Source: Cirrosporium novae-zelandiae (Eukaryota). From it: 64,000 nucleotides of DNA. A program made the translations under genes and the position numbers. Within the stretch, counting starts at the first letter, position 1, and each line of letters begins with the position of its first letter. Shown in pieces: positions 41,134-53,826 of the stretch. The notes beneath the pieces were generated by a model that saw only the letters and a program-made list of their open reading frames with translations, ran no database searches and was not told where the DNA came from. The stretch is taken from positions 186,001 to 250,000 of the forward strand of contig JAPETS010000008.1 in NCBI GenBank assembly GCA_026023565.1, read 5' to 3'.

Positions 41134-42869
41134 TGTTGTATCAAGGGGTGTCTGAAATCTTCCGAACTACCGCGTCTCTTATATCAATGAAGTGTGTTTC
41201 GCAAAAGAAGATGGAGCAGATAGAACATGTATTAAAAGCTGAGAATCAAGAACAATATATCTCTCAAATGAGCCAAGCAATTTCTGGCCCCCATAGATAT
41301 TGGAAATCAAACTATTAAGCAGGATCTAGACAGCCGGAATCCGGAAGATGTGTATCCGGAGATAGCCATGGCATTGAGGCCTTCCGTGGAAACATTGCTT
41401 TGGCTGATAAAAAACGTAGAATGAGCATTATTCATGGATGTTTCATAGAATGGTGATGGAAGGTTTTACGAATTGCTAATCATCGGTTGGGGGCCGTGGG
41501 GGCTAAAAATTATATGAGCTAAGCACAGACCATTATACGCCCGTTGGTCCAAGCTCGCCATTAGCCTCAATATTTAGCGTACACCATATACCATGGATAA
41601 CATAAGAGAATACCTCCACAAAAGATATTTGGGCAAATATCAGGTAAGCAGACTCTCTTTCCAAGTGATAGCTATATTTTCACTATAATTCTAGTCAGAT
41701 TCTGTCGCAAACAATGGATTATTTTTAGCCTCGTTCCAGTGTTCTTTCTAGACTAATTAACTTTTTTTTTGTCTTTGTTCTATCTATTGTGGAAGTCTTG
41801 TAATCTCTCTAGCCAGGCAAAATAATTCGATAAATAGCCTGCCCTGTATAAACTACCTGATTCTGATTTTTATCCTTTTCGTTCAAGCCATAGTATGCAT
41901 TAATGGGATAAACTAATTATAATTGAACGGGACAGTAGGTAATAACGCCATAGTTAACGAGCGCATGAGACGGCCATGATCGAAATTCAACTATGACTAG
42001 ATAGAATGGTTGACATCCGAAGGAGCCCATTCAGGAGCAGCTTTAGGGGCTAGAAAACACCCTTCTCGCCGTAATGAGACTAGAAATCCGGTCATGGACA
42101 GCTGCCTTGTTCACTTTGTATGCTTTATAGGTTTATGTTGGGCCGTGCTACAATTTTACGACTCGTTAAAGCTCTCGCCACATGGACGCAACCCTAGAAC
42201 TACCTAAACTACACCTCTAGGTCCACCAGAAGAGTTTATTGAGGTTTAACCAGCCTCATGCGTCATCCCCATTAAGGTATTTAAGATTACCAAGAGATGT
42301 GGTCAGGCGCATTAAGTTGAAAACCTTCCAGGAGCTTCAACACAATACAATCCATTGCTAGTTGCAAAATGTGGGTAATTGTCAAAAAGTTGTTTCTAGG
42401 GAAATCAATAAATTCTTCAACAAGTTTCTGGAAGATAGCATTATAATGATTAGGGCCTGAACATCTTACAAGACCATAATAAAGAAATCGAAGAATCCTC
42501 GACCATGTTGGAATTGACATAGTAACTAGATATCGCTAACCTACAGAAACAGACTGGAAGGATCAAGAACTACTCAATGTAATATTAATTGGATTGGGAG
42601 GCGAGGGGGAGGATATCCCAACACTCCTTACCTTCTATTCTGGAAGAAGGTAGTGACATTGTATAGTCATATACATATTGGTCATCGTTAATAACACCGC
42701 TTCATTTTATCGATGATCCATTCTTGTGAGCAATTATATCCTGTCTGACCATCTCACTTCTTATTTTCATCTTAAAAATTCATCTTTCATTTTTCCTGAA
42801 CGTTCTAGTCTCTAATACAGCCACCTTCAACCAAAAAATTCTAACAAAGGCCTACCATTGGTCAAAAAT

Positions 42870-42977
42870 GGGGTGAAGTGAGGTTTGAACTCACGACCTC
42901 CTGCACTGGATCATTCGCTTTGAATAATGAGCGACATCGTACCCGAAGCAGGAATTCTACCACTGAACTATCCACCC
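42870..42977 (-). tRNA. tRNA-Pro(CGG) with 36-nt intron (42906-42941)
   Basis: Acceptor stem GGGTGGA/TTCACCC, anticodon stem CCTGC/GCAGG with loop TT-CGG-G^T, T-arm GTGAG-TTCAAAC-CTCAC, 72-nt mature length, downstream T5 Pol III terminator. Confidence 0.95.
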
Positions 42978-44014
42978 TAAGATGTCGGAAGAGTAGGGCG
43001 GTGGCAGTAAATATATGGTAGATTCAGGAGTGCAAGGCAACCTCCTGGTATTAATGAAGAGATCTGTGTTTCAGCTTTCCGTGTTTTTTGGCTACGTATG
43101 ATCCGACTGTTTGCTTCTATTATAGATATCATGTGAACTCGAAGACGGATTCGATGCCCAGTTCCAAGTCAACCTGTAAGTCTAATCTCTATAGTTAAGG
43201 CTTACTCGTTACTTCATAAGCCTCTTAACTATCAAATCGAGTCAGCTATCATTTTATTTCCTAGTTGTGGATCCGAGAGCATAGCAGGAAGTTGTCAATC
43301 ATATTCGACGCCAAATATTCCTAGTTTGACTTACTGTGTGAATCACCCACGACGAAGAGCCTCCTAGTTCTAACTATTTGCATACAACAATCAAGCTGGG
43401 ATCCCCATATAACCTTATTTTCCTCCCCGGGGTAGAAGAACGTTCTAAGTTCAGTGACCCATCTCCCTCCCACGATATTCTCGGGGGATGTAATTATACT
43501 AGACTGTTGATTCCTGATGTAGAGTCGTAGGATCTACCCGCTGACCCATTTAGACTATATAAAAGTAAGCAATATCATATAGTTCGCTATCTTAGGATTC
43601 CTCGATGTGAGGGTAATGTAGATGAAGAGTTTAATGATATCATCTTAGCTATCACTTTCAAAGTAGTTCTATAAAAGGTGATGGAATGTGGAGAAGGAGC
43701 CTCTCAGGTTTCCAAGTTTAGGAGATGACTACCGTTTATTGCGAATATGTTGGTTCAATTAAGATGCAGATATCAAATATGACCAGAAGTAGAAGGATGA
43801 AGAGGAGTGAAGGAAATAGTCTTAGGATCTGACAAACACAAGTTCGGTGCCTTAGGCCATAACTCACATCCGCTAGCCCCCAGAACCTAAACCTCTCCAA
43901 TCAAATCATCCCTCACAGCCCCTTTGCCAGTGGCTGACATTTCACATGGCCGCCTCCCCACCTATCCTTTTCATTGCTAAAACCCTTCTTTGATACTAAT
44001 TAAATTGGACCTAG

Positions 44015-46082
44015 ATGGCAAGTTCCAGCGCATCAGATACGGATCTGGCAGCAGCTGCCCTTGCAACTGCGTTAGCCGCCCTCCTCATCGCTATTGGCCA
44101 ATTGCTGCAGCAATACTTCGCCACTGCCGATGGCGGTTACCGTCGCTGCCAATCCTCTGTCATGGGCCCATGGGCAAAACGAACACATTTACGGTGGAGA
44201 TGGAGTCAATTTCGTTTCGAAACAATCTTTACCACTCCCTTCATAAGCCTTTATCCCTTCAATAAACAATCCGTTAAAGTTATTGGCCCTAGATACGATA
44301 GAGCCTGGGTTGTTGGAGGCATGTGTACAGAACAATCCAAAAAAGCGCATTCATTAGTCTCCGGAAAACATGGAGAAAATATTGACTCGGCGACTTGGCT
44401 CAGGTTTCTACGAGCGATTTATAAAGGCCATGAACTGCTCCTAAAAGACTCAAAAAGAGTGCAAGATCCCGAGAAAGGCTTTAATTTCGAATTTGTTACT
44501 GCAGGAAAAGATCCAGATCCCACTCTCACAATGCCGATTGTGGAATTCGAAGAACGGTCTTGGGATTTTATGCCACCCGAGGTCGTGAAACCATACGCGA
44601 GAATTGGAGTCTCTGATATTGCTATCCTAGTGCGACGTCTGGGCATGAACTGGATGGTATTTGACCCACATGAAGGCACAATGAGAGCCGAAGGTAATGG
44701 GTTTGTTCTCACCTCCACAACCGTGAGATCTGTGGGAACAATGCTCTATTTTACTAGCACAGGACGCGAAGTGGGGCTACCACTCGAGTATGTCATGGGG
44801 CGACGAGTCAAGGACCTTCGTTGGATCCCTAAGGCTCGAGCAGATGCTATGACATTTGGAGTTCTTTTGCTTTCGTATCACCCTTATTTTGGCCGACTAC
44901 GGTATGATATTTCTAGTCGGGGTCATATGATCGAGACTTTACATAGTTTCATTAGAATTCCCGACACCCTGAACAAGTTTGAAGCGGAACTTCCGGATGA
45001 ACCATTATGGATTCCTGGTTTCTCAGACATTGTGGCCTTAGTTCTACCGGTCCTCAAAGAACGTGAATCGTCCCTTTTTAGAGTTCCAAATCCTGGATCC
45101 AGCTTACAATGCCTGCTCTCTCATGACTGTGGTAAGCAAGTATTCTCTATCAATCCATCTTCCTTCCTGCTTTTTGCTCTCTCTTTACTTACCTTGCGAA
45201 TATCTTGGGATAAAAATTTAAGATTGAGGAAGAGCCGATAGTATTTGTAGTAAGATAATTTAAGTTGTTTAAAGTGGAGAATAAAGGTGAAGGGAAGATG
45301 AAGGGAAGTTTGCTCGTGAGGTCCATGGCCAACATTGACGATTTGGTCATTCGCAGAATATCGAATCTGGAACCAAGTGCTTTAAGGTACGCTGGCGCAG
45401 CTATATTTGGTCTAGTTGAATTATGCGTTACTAGCACTGCACTGTATCATTCAGAGACCTCTGTAGGTCTATTATTGAGTCCTAACTTCTTTTTTTCACA
45501 GTTGCTCCCTTTGAATCTGAAGTGAGAGAGTTGATCCGGCATTTCACGCCTTATAGCCCGCTTTCTGTGGAAATCGCTTGGGTTCTTGATTCTATCAATG
45601 CCCTTAACAGATTAGATCCCACATGGTGCTCTTTAAGCTCAAATGACAGAAATGAGAGGGAGATTACATCTTTGCAGCTTGAGCTTTATGACACCTGTGC
45701 TTCCATCAGTGAGTATTTTGAGGATCTGGAAAAAGAATATTCTGGACATAGGACGGGACACCACCCTTTTTTCTATCTCAACCTAGCACACTGCCACATT
45801 CAACGCATGATATTGGATGTCAACTGGTACCGAACTCCTGGCGGGTCTCCAAATATCGATGTCCATATAGCAGATATTATGAGGGAATACTTTGGATGCT
45901 TGCCAAGGATTATCGAGGATATGGCTGAGTATTATGATTTTGGGAATGAGGGGATAATTACTGTAGCCTGGGTAAAGATGATATTCCGAGCCATATTATG
46001 GCATCGACTACATTTTCTACAATCGGGACCAATCATTCCAAGCCAGCACTACGAAAGCCAGTTGCCTGTGTACATAGGCTGA
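44015..46082 (+). CDS. MOD-A/modin-like protein (565 aa); 2 exons, 370-nt intron 45132-45501
   Basis: N-terminal TM followed by QLLQQYFATADG.YRRCQ.SVMGPWA...FRFETIFTTP and SWDFMPPEVVKPYA, recalled as the modin-family signature; phase-1 splice G|TT joins both ORFs; ends LPVYIG. Confidence 0.7.
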
Positions 46083-46590
46083 GATGTGAATGAACAAATA
46101 AAATCCTATTAAAAGTTTGTTCAAATATTATCCTAAGCATATTTTTTCATGATCGGTTTAACGACAAAAGCAAGAGTGTGATAGAATAACACCGATCATT
46201 GTTGGAAAATGATGAGATTTTTTGGAATCTTAAGGATCAATTGATCAGAATGTATGTTTCGCACTTTCTACTTTATTCTATGGATAAATAATATGTCTGG
46301 AAGTACGGAGATATAATATGCTAGCAATACTCGTTCTTACCATTTTTACACGTCTTTCTAAGTCCGTGCCTGTATCCCTCTCATCTAATCCATTTCTCCA
46401 ACCTCCAAAAGTTTCCAGCTTCTACTGCGGAATATTTCCTTAAAGTATTTAGCCGCTTCATAGGAAATTACTCTCTGAACCTCCTTATCTCGGTTCCTTT
46501 TTTATTCAGCTTGTTCCGCTTCAGCTTCAATTTTTCTGCCTACGAACTTTATGATCCCTCAAAATATCTAACATTTACCAACCTGAGGTC

Positions 46591-48689
46591 ATGCCTGGTA
46601 GTCAGATGTCTTCTCAAAATGGCCCCCCTTCTGAGATACAGAACCGGTTTGACAGGTTGAAAACGATAGCAGCACTTACGAGGAGTCTTCAGGACAGCAT
46701 TTTTCGAAAAATTGTCTCAGGTGGTCCATCTTCACAGAACCTTGAGGGTAGGCTTAACTATCAACCACATTGAAGCATCTAAGCTTAATCGTCTATCATG
46801 TAGGATATACATACATGAATGTGGATCGGACTGAGGCCATATTTAATGTTTATCTTCAAATGCAACTCGATATTCTCGACCTTCTCAAAAACCCTTCCAA
46901 AGGACTTTCCCTCGAGAAATTTAGAAGCTATCCAGCCTCTACTCGACTTTTTCACAATGAACGAGGTTGGATTTCATTTCACAAAATTTTATGAACCAAT
47001 ACTTATACCTATGCAGTGCACCAGGCAGGTTTACAAATCGTTCCACCAGCACCACCCCAATTTCCAAAACGAAAGTACACATCAGATGATCTTCTTTGTC
47101 TCAAACCTCTTGAAACTGGAGCCTACTTTAAATTAATTTCACCCACTGTAAAGAGCTGGCTGCCTTTCAAAAAAGAAGTAAAGGACAAATTCTATCATAG
47201 CCTTTCAAAAAAGAAAGAAATTCTAGAAATAACCCCATCTGGTAGCACTCATGGTACCTGGCTTGTCTCTGAGGCGCTTAGATCAGTCGCAAAGCCCCAA
47301 CAGGGGATAAACATGGACCCTGCCTATGTCGCTAGTTATTTCAGAGCCCAGAACGGACCTTTGAATCTTTTTGCTAAACCGAATTCGTGGCTTAAAGACA
47401 TATATCCTCGGATACCGGAAGAGGCTGTTGAAGAAGTTCTAAATGACATCTGTTACCAGGATATCATAACAAATGAAGAGAAGGTTGTAAGGACCGTCCG
47501 GAAATATATCAAGCACAAGCTCGCGTCATTTGGTACCCTTTTCCAATTCATTCACAGACTCAACGATGTCAACCCAAAAGCCCACGCGCAAGAGCTAATC
47601 GCTGAAACGATATGTAATATCGAGAGGTGTTTCTTACCCAAAAGCTTCTGAGACTATAAGCCTGGATCTAAAAGCAACTCACTCGAGCAGCAGGTGCATC
47701 GCGCCCTAGCTTTGACAGATGGTACTACTACTCCGGAGTTTCGTCGCTCAATAGCACAAGGTTATAACCAGGCACAAGATATGGACCAAGAAAAAGAGCC
47801 ACAAGGTGATTGGAAGCCAAATATAGATCAAGCAGGCGAAGAACCATCCCTCATTGATTTTGGCGTTGACGGCGTAAAGCTTGAATCTATACAGAACAGA
47901 GAACAAGCCAAATCCCGGGATGTCGACCAGTCAATAGAATATCCAACCCAAGCGTCCATCAGGTATCACCGGGACCAGATTACACATATTCGACGCAGCA
48001 TTTCACTAACCGAAGCTAAATTCAAAGCTAGAATGGGATTTGGTACTCAATTTGTAGAATGGGTGAATGCAACTATCCATCTAGACAAGAGTGATCGAGG
48101 CACCGATGTTGATTTATTTGTTAAGAAGATTAAGAGGGAGATTATATTTGCTAAGGAGACGACTACGGATATTTGTAATAGGCTGAAGGTAGGGTTTCTC
48201 CTATGAAATACTGTTTCATATAGCCCATCTCCGCGCACAGAGCCTTGATGAGAATGATGCTATGATCTGCCCATTTGATCTAGCCCTACGCCCCTGTCCC
48301 TCCTTCATGGTTGGTGGGATATGCCCTATGGCTAAATGGTGTCCTGTGAGTAACATCCTCGACCCCTACATCAAATATTGCTGACCTAAAACTAGGAAGA
48401 GCAAGTGGATAATTCTTGCATGTCCTATGGCAACTGCAGTAATACACATATATTCGATTCACCGTATTACGTATCCAACACCTTTGTCTGGTGTGAATCT
48501 CACTACACATATGAAATGTTCCATGACACTATGCACAAGATCATTACGAAGTGGCCTTACACTGACAATTTGCCTGATGCGAAACAACGGTTTGTAATGG
48601 CAAATGTTAGGATATGGATGTATGAAGAGAGGAGCTGTATGGTTGCGGATCCGAGGCCAGTCGTGAAGACTGGAGTGGCTAATTGGTGA
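46591..48689 (+). CDS. Orphan 613-aa protein with C-terminal CCCH zinc finger; exons 46591-46747, 46804-46965, 47017-47626, 47675-48188, 48241-48345, 48396-48689
   Basis: Five ~50-nt GT..AG introns all phase-compatible, giving a stop-free 1842-nt CDS. Confidence 0.72.
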
Positions 48690-49429
48690 TGGATGGATGA
48701 AGGTTATGAATGATAGGCTTAATTCAAGCTAGCCTAGTAGTGTTATTCTTTCTTAGTGTTACGGCGGGGGGAATATCAAAATAAGGATCATGATTGACGG
48801 TAATAAATATTTTTTTCCTTTTGTTAGTTAAAATGATTATATGAAGATCATGGTGGTGATGTGATGTGATGAGTATGAATGAGTGTGGTCGCCTTTCCTT
48901 CCTCGTTTAAGTACTAAAAATGTCAAGTCTCTTTTATCGCTATTTTTTCTTATTTATGTCTCAGCCCAAGGGTTAAGTTGAATCGATCCTGCGCGTAGTA
49001 GAAGGGGCTCTAGGTAGTTTAATAGACGGCTAGCTTTGGAATAATAGCTATATCTGCTTTCTCTGTAATTCTCTATCAAATGATAAAGTATAGCAACCAC
49101 TTAGCTGAACTTGGCGGTTTCGTTCTTTGGTGGAGTAAAATGTATCTACATTCTTTACTCTTCGTAAATTTCGAGAAATATGCTTGATCGGTCCGGGAAT
49201 GGGAGTAGGGAGTAGAGATGGTTTGGTCTATTTGATACATAATGTTGGATGACTGCATGATGGACAGTTGTATAATAGTAAGCTATATCGTAACACAATA
49301 CACAGCAGAGTAAACTCCTCGTACACGCCACGCCACTCCAATTCCTTCTCCTCCTGTCCGCAAGTCCCCTGTGTTTATATGCACACACACCTATCTTTGA
49401 CGGTCGACCATTTCGCAATTCTACGTGAT

Positions 49430-50027
49430 TTAGAAGCCGTCTCCCCACAGCCCAAGCATGGCTAAACCCCACGCCACACCAGCAAAAGTGCCGCGGACAC
49501 TCTCTCGTCTCCTCCAGTTCTCAACGCCCATCCTAACAGTCTCACCATTAATATCCTCGTCACTTTCCTCCATTGGTGCCATCATGGGCTCCTTGCCCTT
49601 CTTGCCACCATATCCATGTCCCTTGAACCCCAGTTTCCGCACCATCTGTTTGTCTTCCTGTCCGTATACAAACAAATCGGTGACGGCTCCGATGGCGGAG
49701 ATTAAGCTTACCCAGAGAAGGTAGGGATGACGGCCGCGGCGGGCGGAGAGGAAGAATGCAAGTGGGAATGTGATGATGGAGATGGGGGTTAGGAAGGCGG
49801 TGCTATGGAGAGTGCGCAGATGCAGTTGGGCTAGAAAGCGGGATGCTGTGGTTGCGTTGGGGAAGGCAAGGATTGTGGGAAGGAGGGTGGAGTGGAGGTT
49901 GTAGGAGAGGCCCTGGTGGCTGGGTGTTAGTATGCTTGTATATGTAAGAGGGAGACAGGCTCACGGTCAAGAGACCTAAACTCGTGGTTCCAACAAATTT
50001 TAGCACCGTGATTGGGAACGGCGCCAT
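49430..50027 (-). CDS. ATG33: Mitophagy protein Atg33/Scm4-like; 2 exons
   Basis: KFVGTTSLGLLT|GLSY, RRGRHPYLLW, INGETVR...E...R...AGVAWGLAMLGLWGD. Confidence 0.82.
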
Positions 50028-50558
50028 TTTCAATTAATAGGGCCTGCTTCTCAGCGGCGGCGGTTGGTGGTTTGTTTGTTTTTTACAGCTGCTTTTGGGT
50101 GTTGGGTTGAGGTGGGAAAATAGCGTATGGGTATTTGAGACTTGGAGCTGGTTTGATGGCTTGCTCCTGCAATGAATGCAATGTAGAAAAGTTTGATCCA
50201 GATCCAGCTCCAAACTTGGATGGATGGATGTACTGTACAAATACGTGGCGGGGGAGATGGACAGGTTAGTCGAAGCCTGAAGCATCAATGCACTTTAAAG
50301 CCCAGCTTTCCCGTCCCTGCCCGCAGTGACGTCGAAAGAACCAATAGATATCAATCAATTCTTAAAGCAGCAATTTGATGATTTTAGCATGCCCTTGCCC
50401 TACACTTGTAGTATTGACTCTTCATTCCGACTCATTCTCGTTCAACAAATACCTACTTCATTTTCAGGGGGAAATGTCATCGAAGTCTATCTCTAACTTA
50501 CCTTCTTCATCTTTGACACTAAAGCAGCTTTGGCGTTGGGGTGAGGATGCTTACAGTA

Positions 50559-50564
50559 CCTCGG
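50559..50564. promoter_or_regulatory. CCTCGG FarA/FarB-type fatty-acid response element upstream of SPS19
   Basis: Exact hexamer ~245 bp upstream of the first ATG of a beta-oxidation auxiliary gene. Confidence 0.5.
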
Positions 50565-50804
50565 TTGCTTATCGGCAAGACGTCTAAGAAACATGACTAC
50601 TTCAAAGCTACCCCAGATTTAGAGTCTCTCCGCCTGACATCTTGAATCCTGACAGTTACGGCCGTTATGATCTACTTAGATATATAAAATATCTCCTCTC
50701 AGCTCTACCCTTTCTTTTCTAATTTCTTCAATGCTTTTGGTTGAACTGATAGAATAGAGAAACAAGCTTCGAGATAAAGACCCAAAACTCACTTAGCTAA
50801 ATAG

Positions 50805-52011
50805 ATGTTAATGAAATCTTTGGCACGACTACTCCTCCGTTCATCCAAGAGGCATCCCAATCGCCTCCGAATTATCTCTCGTCCGATCACTAGACATCCT
50901 CTCCTGCACGGACGCTCTCAAATTTCAACCCTTTCTTCTAATCCCCTTTTGCGACAAACCCACGAATCCACCCCTACCAAAATGGTGCCTCAACCGCTCC
51001 CCCTCTCCGATTATCTCTCCGATATCTGGAAACCAAATCTTTTTGCCAATACAACTGTTTTCTGCACGGGTGGCAGTGGCACAATCTGCAGCGCTCAAGT
51101 CCGGGCTCTTGTACATCTTGGCGCCAATGCCTGCATTGTTGGTCGAAACACTCAGAAGGTAGAGGATATGGCTGAAAGCATCAAGACCGCGAGACAGGGT
51201 AGTAAGATTTTGGGAATTGGAGGGGTGGATGTGAGGGAAATAGAGAGTTTGCAGGAAGCTGTGGAAAAGTGTGTGAGCGAGTTAGGAGGTATTGACCTTG
51301 TGATGTGAGTTCGAAGCTTTAATTATTCGTGGATTTTTTCGGTAGAAACAAGGGGACGAACGTTCATGTCGCATCCCTTTAATCGAGCCATACTGATAGT
51401 TGTGCAGTGCTGGCGCAGCAGGCAACTTCCTCTCTCCCCTCTCCGGCCTATCTGCCAACGCCTTCAAATCCGTCATCGATATCGACCTCCTAGGCTCCTT
51501 TAACACCTTCAAAGCCACAATTCCGCACCTCCTTCATTCTCATCTCCTTGATTCTCCCAGAGCCACTGGTCAACGCCTCCCCTCTCCCAACCTCACCCCT
51601 TCCATTCTCTTTATCTCGGCCACTTTTCATTATACGAGTTTCCCCACCCAAGCCCACGCATCTGCTGCCAAAGCAGGCGTAGATGCTCTCTCCGCAAACA
51701 TCGCGGTTGAGTATGGACCCTTAGGTATTCGATCAAATATTTTAGCACCAGGACCTATTGAGGGGACCGAGGGAATGAAACGTTTATCTATACCCGGAAG
51801 AGAACAAGAAATGACGAGTAGGGTACCATTAGGGAGATGGGGCACCGTAAGAGAAATTGCTGATGCAACAATCTGGGTTATGGGAGAAGGGGCAAGGTTC
51901 GTTAATGGAACTGGAGTTGTGGTGGATGGAGGGGCATGGAGGACCCAGACTTATGTTGATTATCCAGGTGGTCTTGCGGACGCCGTCAAGAGCGAGAAGT
52001 CGAAACTCTAA
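50805..52011 (+). CDS. SPS19: Peroxisomal 2,4-dienoyl-CoA reductase (SDR); 2 exons; alternative ATGs 50805/50811/50982
   Basis: FCTGGSGTIC, AGAAGNF, QAHASAAKAGVDAL, APGPIEGTEG, C-terminal SKL (PTS1). Confidence 0.93.
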
Positions 52012-53620
52012 GGTGAGAAAAAATGACTGTTAAGGTATATGTACGAAACGATATGTGATCTGATTAGGTCGGGTAAGTCTTACTATCCTACGTTTATATC
52101 TGCGAACTAGTATGCATATGTTAGACTTGTTGGCACTTTCATGGGAATGGCATGCATAAATATACATAATTATCTAGCAAATCATCGACCAGTCAATAGA
52201 AATCATCCATATCATTCCGCAGTGCTCATTATATAGAGTCCCAACTCTCAAAGACATGGACCAAAATCAAACTCCTCCCCATCCCACCCAAGGCATCCAA
52301 TCCCCCCTATCCACCACCAACCCGTACAACAGGCAAAATAGTGCAATGCTTTCACGATCGGCATCTACAACACAAATCCATCTATGTACACACATTTCCA
52401 ACTCATACCTTCTCGGGCTCCTCCACAAAATATAGGATTAACAATCCTACCTCACAGCTATTCAAGATCGGTTACGGCAAAAATTGTAGGCATCATAACC
52501 TACAATATAAACTCCCCTTCTCCGTGTCTGCCACTGCTTCAATTACAATAGACTATCACCGTAGAAGGTCTAGATGTTCTTTCTCATTATGAGTGATGGG
52601 ATCTGCGGATATGATTGTTGATTACTCTATTAGTTTTGATTACTCTGCAACGAAATGTATGATGATTTAATATGGTAGGATATATGTTTTTGTCATATCA
52701 TAGGACAAAATATATCCATCCTATAATCAATGATTAGTTATCCAAATAGATTATGTGATAGTCACAGTGGTCATCTAAGCTTTACAGATATATTATATTA
52801 TCTAACTACAAAGTAGGAAATCCCATGCGAAAAATAGTTAGGATATTTTACTTGTAGTCTATGTGATAACTATTTCTATATGCAATTTATTGTACACACA
52901 CATGAAAATAAGTGTTCAGGATCATGTACTTATATGGAAGTAGAAGTTAAATTGAACGAAGGCTTTTTGCTTTTTTCGTTTTCTTTCTTTCGTCCGGTCT
53001 TGGGTCTTTTATGAAGCAAAGAAGTGCGATTCATCGTGATTAAGTACAGTACATAGATATTGGTATACAATGTATAGATATATGATGTATCCGTGAAGAT
53101 AGAGTATTCCCATAATTAATTAATCATATAGTCTAGTTTAGATAACCAATTAGCCTTACCAAAAAAATCCTCATCGATTTTATCCTCGTCTCAAGCAAAT
53201 AATTACTCTCGTAGATACTGACTTGCACAAAAGCAAAAGCTCGCAAAAACAAAATCAATGACGTAACCCCCCCCCCCCCATAATTCCTACTAGTTAACCC
53301 CTCTCGCTCCACCCGCCTCCCCTCGAGAAGCCCGACAATCGCTTCCAGCTTATCGCCGTTCGCCCCCACCGCACCACCATATCAGTCAGTAGATGACCGA
53401 CCGACCATTTCGGCGAAGTTCAAGGATTACTTTCGTGCGTTGAGGTCGCCGTTTAACCATAATTACAAAGATTTTTTTTTTGCCCTTTTATATAAATAAC
53501 GACGTGAGGGACGGACGTAAGAATTTGATGGGTTAATAAGTGAAGTGGACTTACTTGTGGGCATTGGAAGAATTGGATATTATTATAAATATATATATAT
53601 ATATATAACGACGATAAGAG

Positions 53621-53740
53621 GTAAGTAAGGAGGTTTTTGTGCTTGCTTTCCTTTGCTTTTGTATTTTTTTTCATATTTGGTGTGGAGATTTTATACTTGT
53701 GAAGTTTAGATATAATCGTTAAGCTAATTCTTTTACATAG
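53621..53740 (+). other. Probable 5'-UTR intron of the Cys-rich microprotein gene
   Basis: G|GTAAGT donor, GCTAAT branch point, TTTTACATAG acceptor; TATATAAA at ~53488. Confidence 0.6.
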
Positions 53741-53789
53741 CTACATATCAAATCACCATCCGCCGCCAATAAAATCGCAAAATACCCTA

Positions 53790-53811
53790 ACACACACACA
53801 CACACACACAC
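53790..53811 (+). repeat. (AC)n microsatellite in the 5' UTR
   Basis: ~11 AC units. Confidence 0.85.
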
Positions 53812-53826
53812 CATACAAAATCAAAA

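Noticed and set aside
42010..42520. Transposon relic next to the tRNA
   Set aside because: No transposase/RT motifs, terminal repeats or target-site duplication could be identified.
45131..45256. [D1,2] stwintron (G|GTAAGC...TAG|TAAGAT would rebuild a GTAAGA donor)
   Set aside because: It would remove G45131 and frameshift exon 2 into a TGA; there is no good branch point before 45250; single-step splicing is already in frame.
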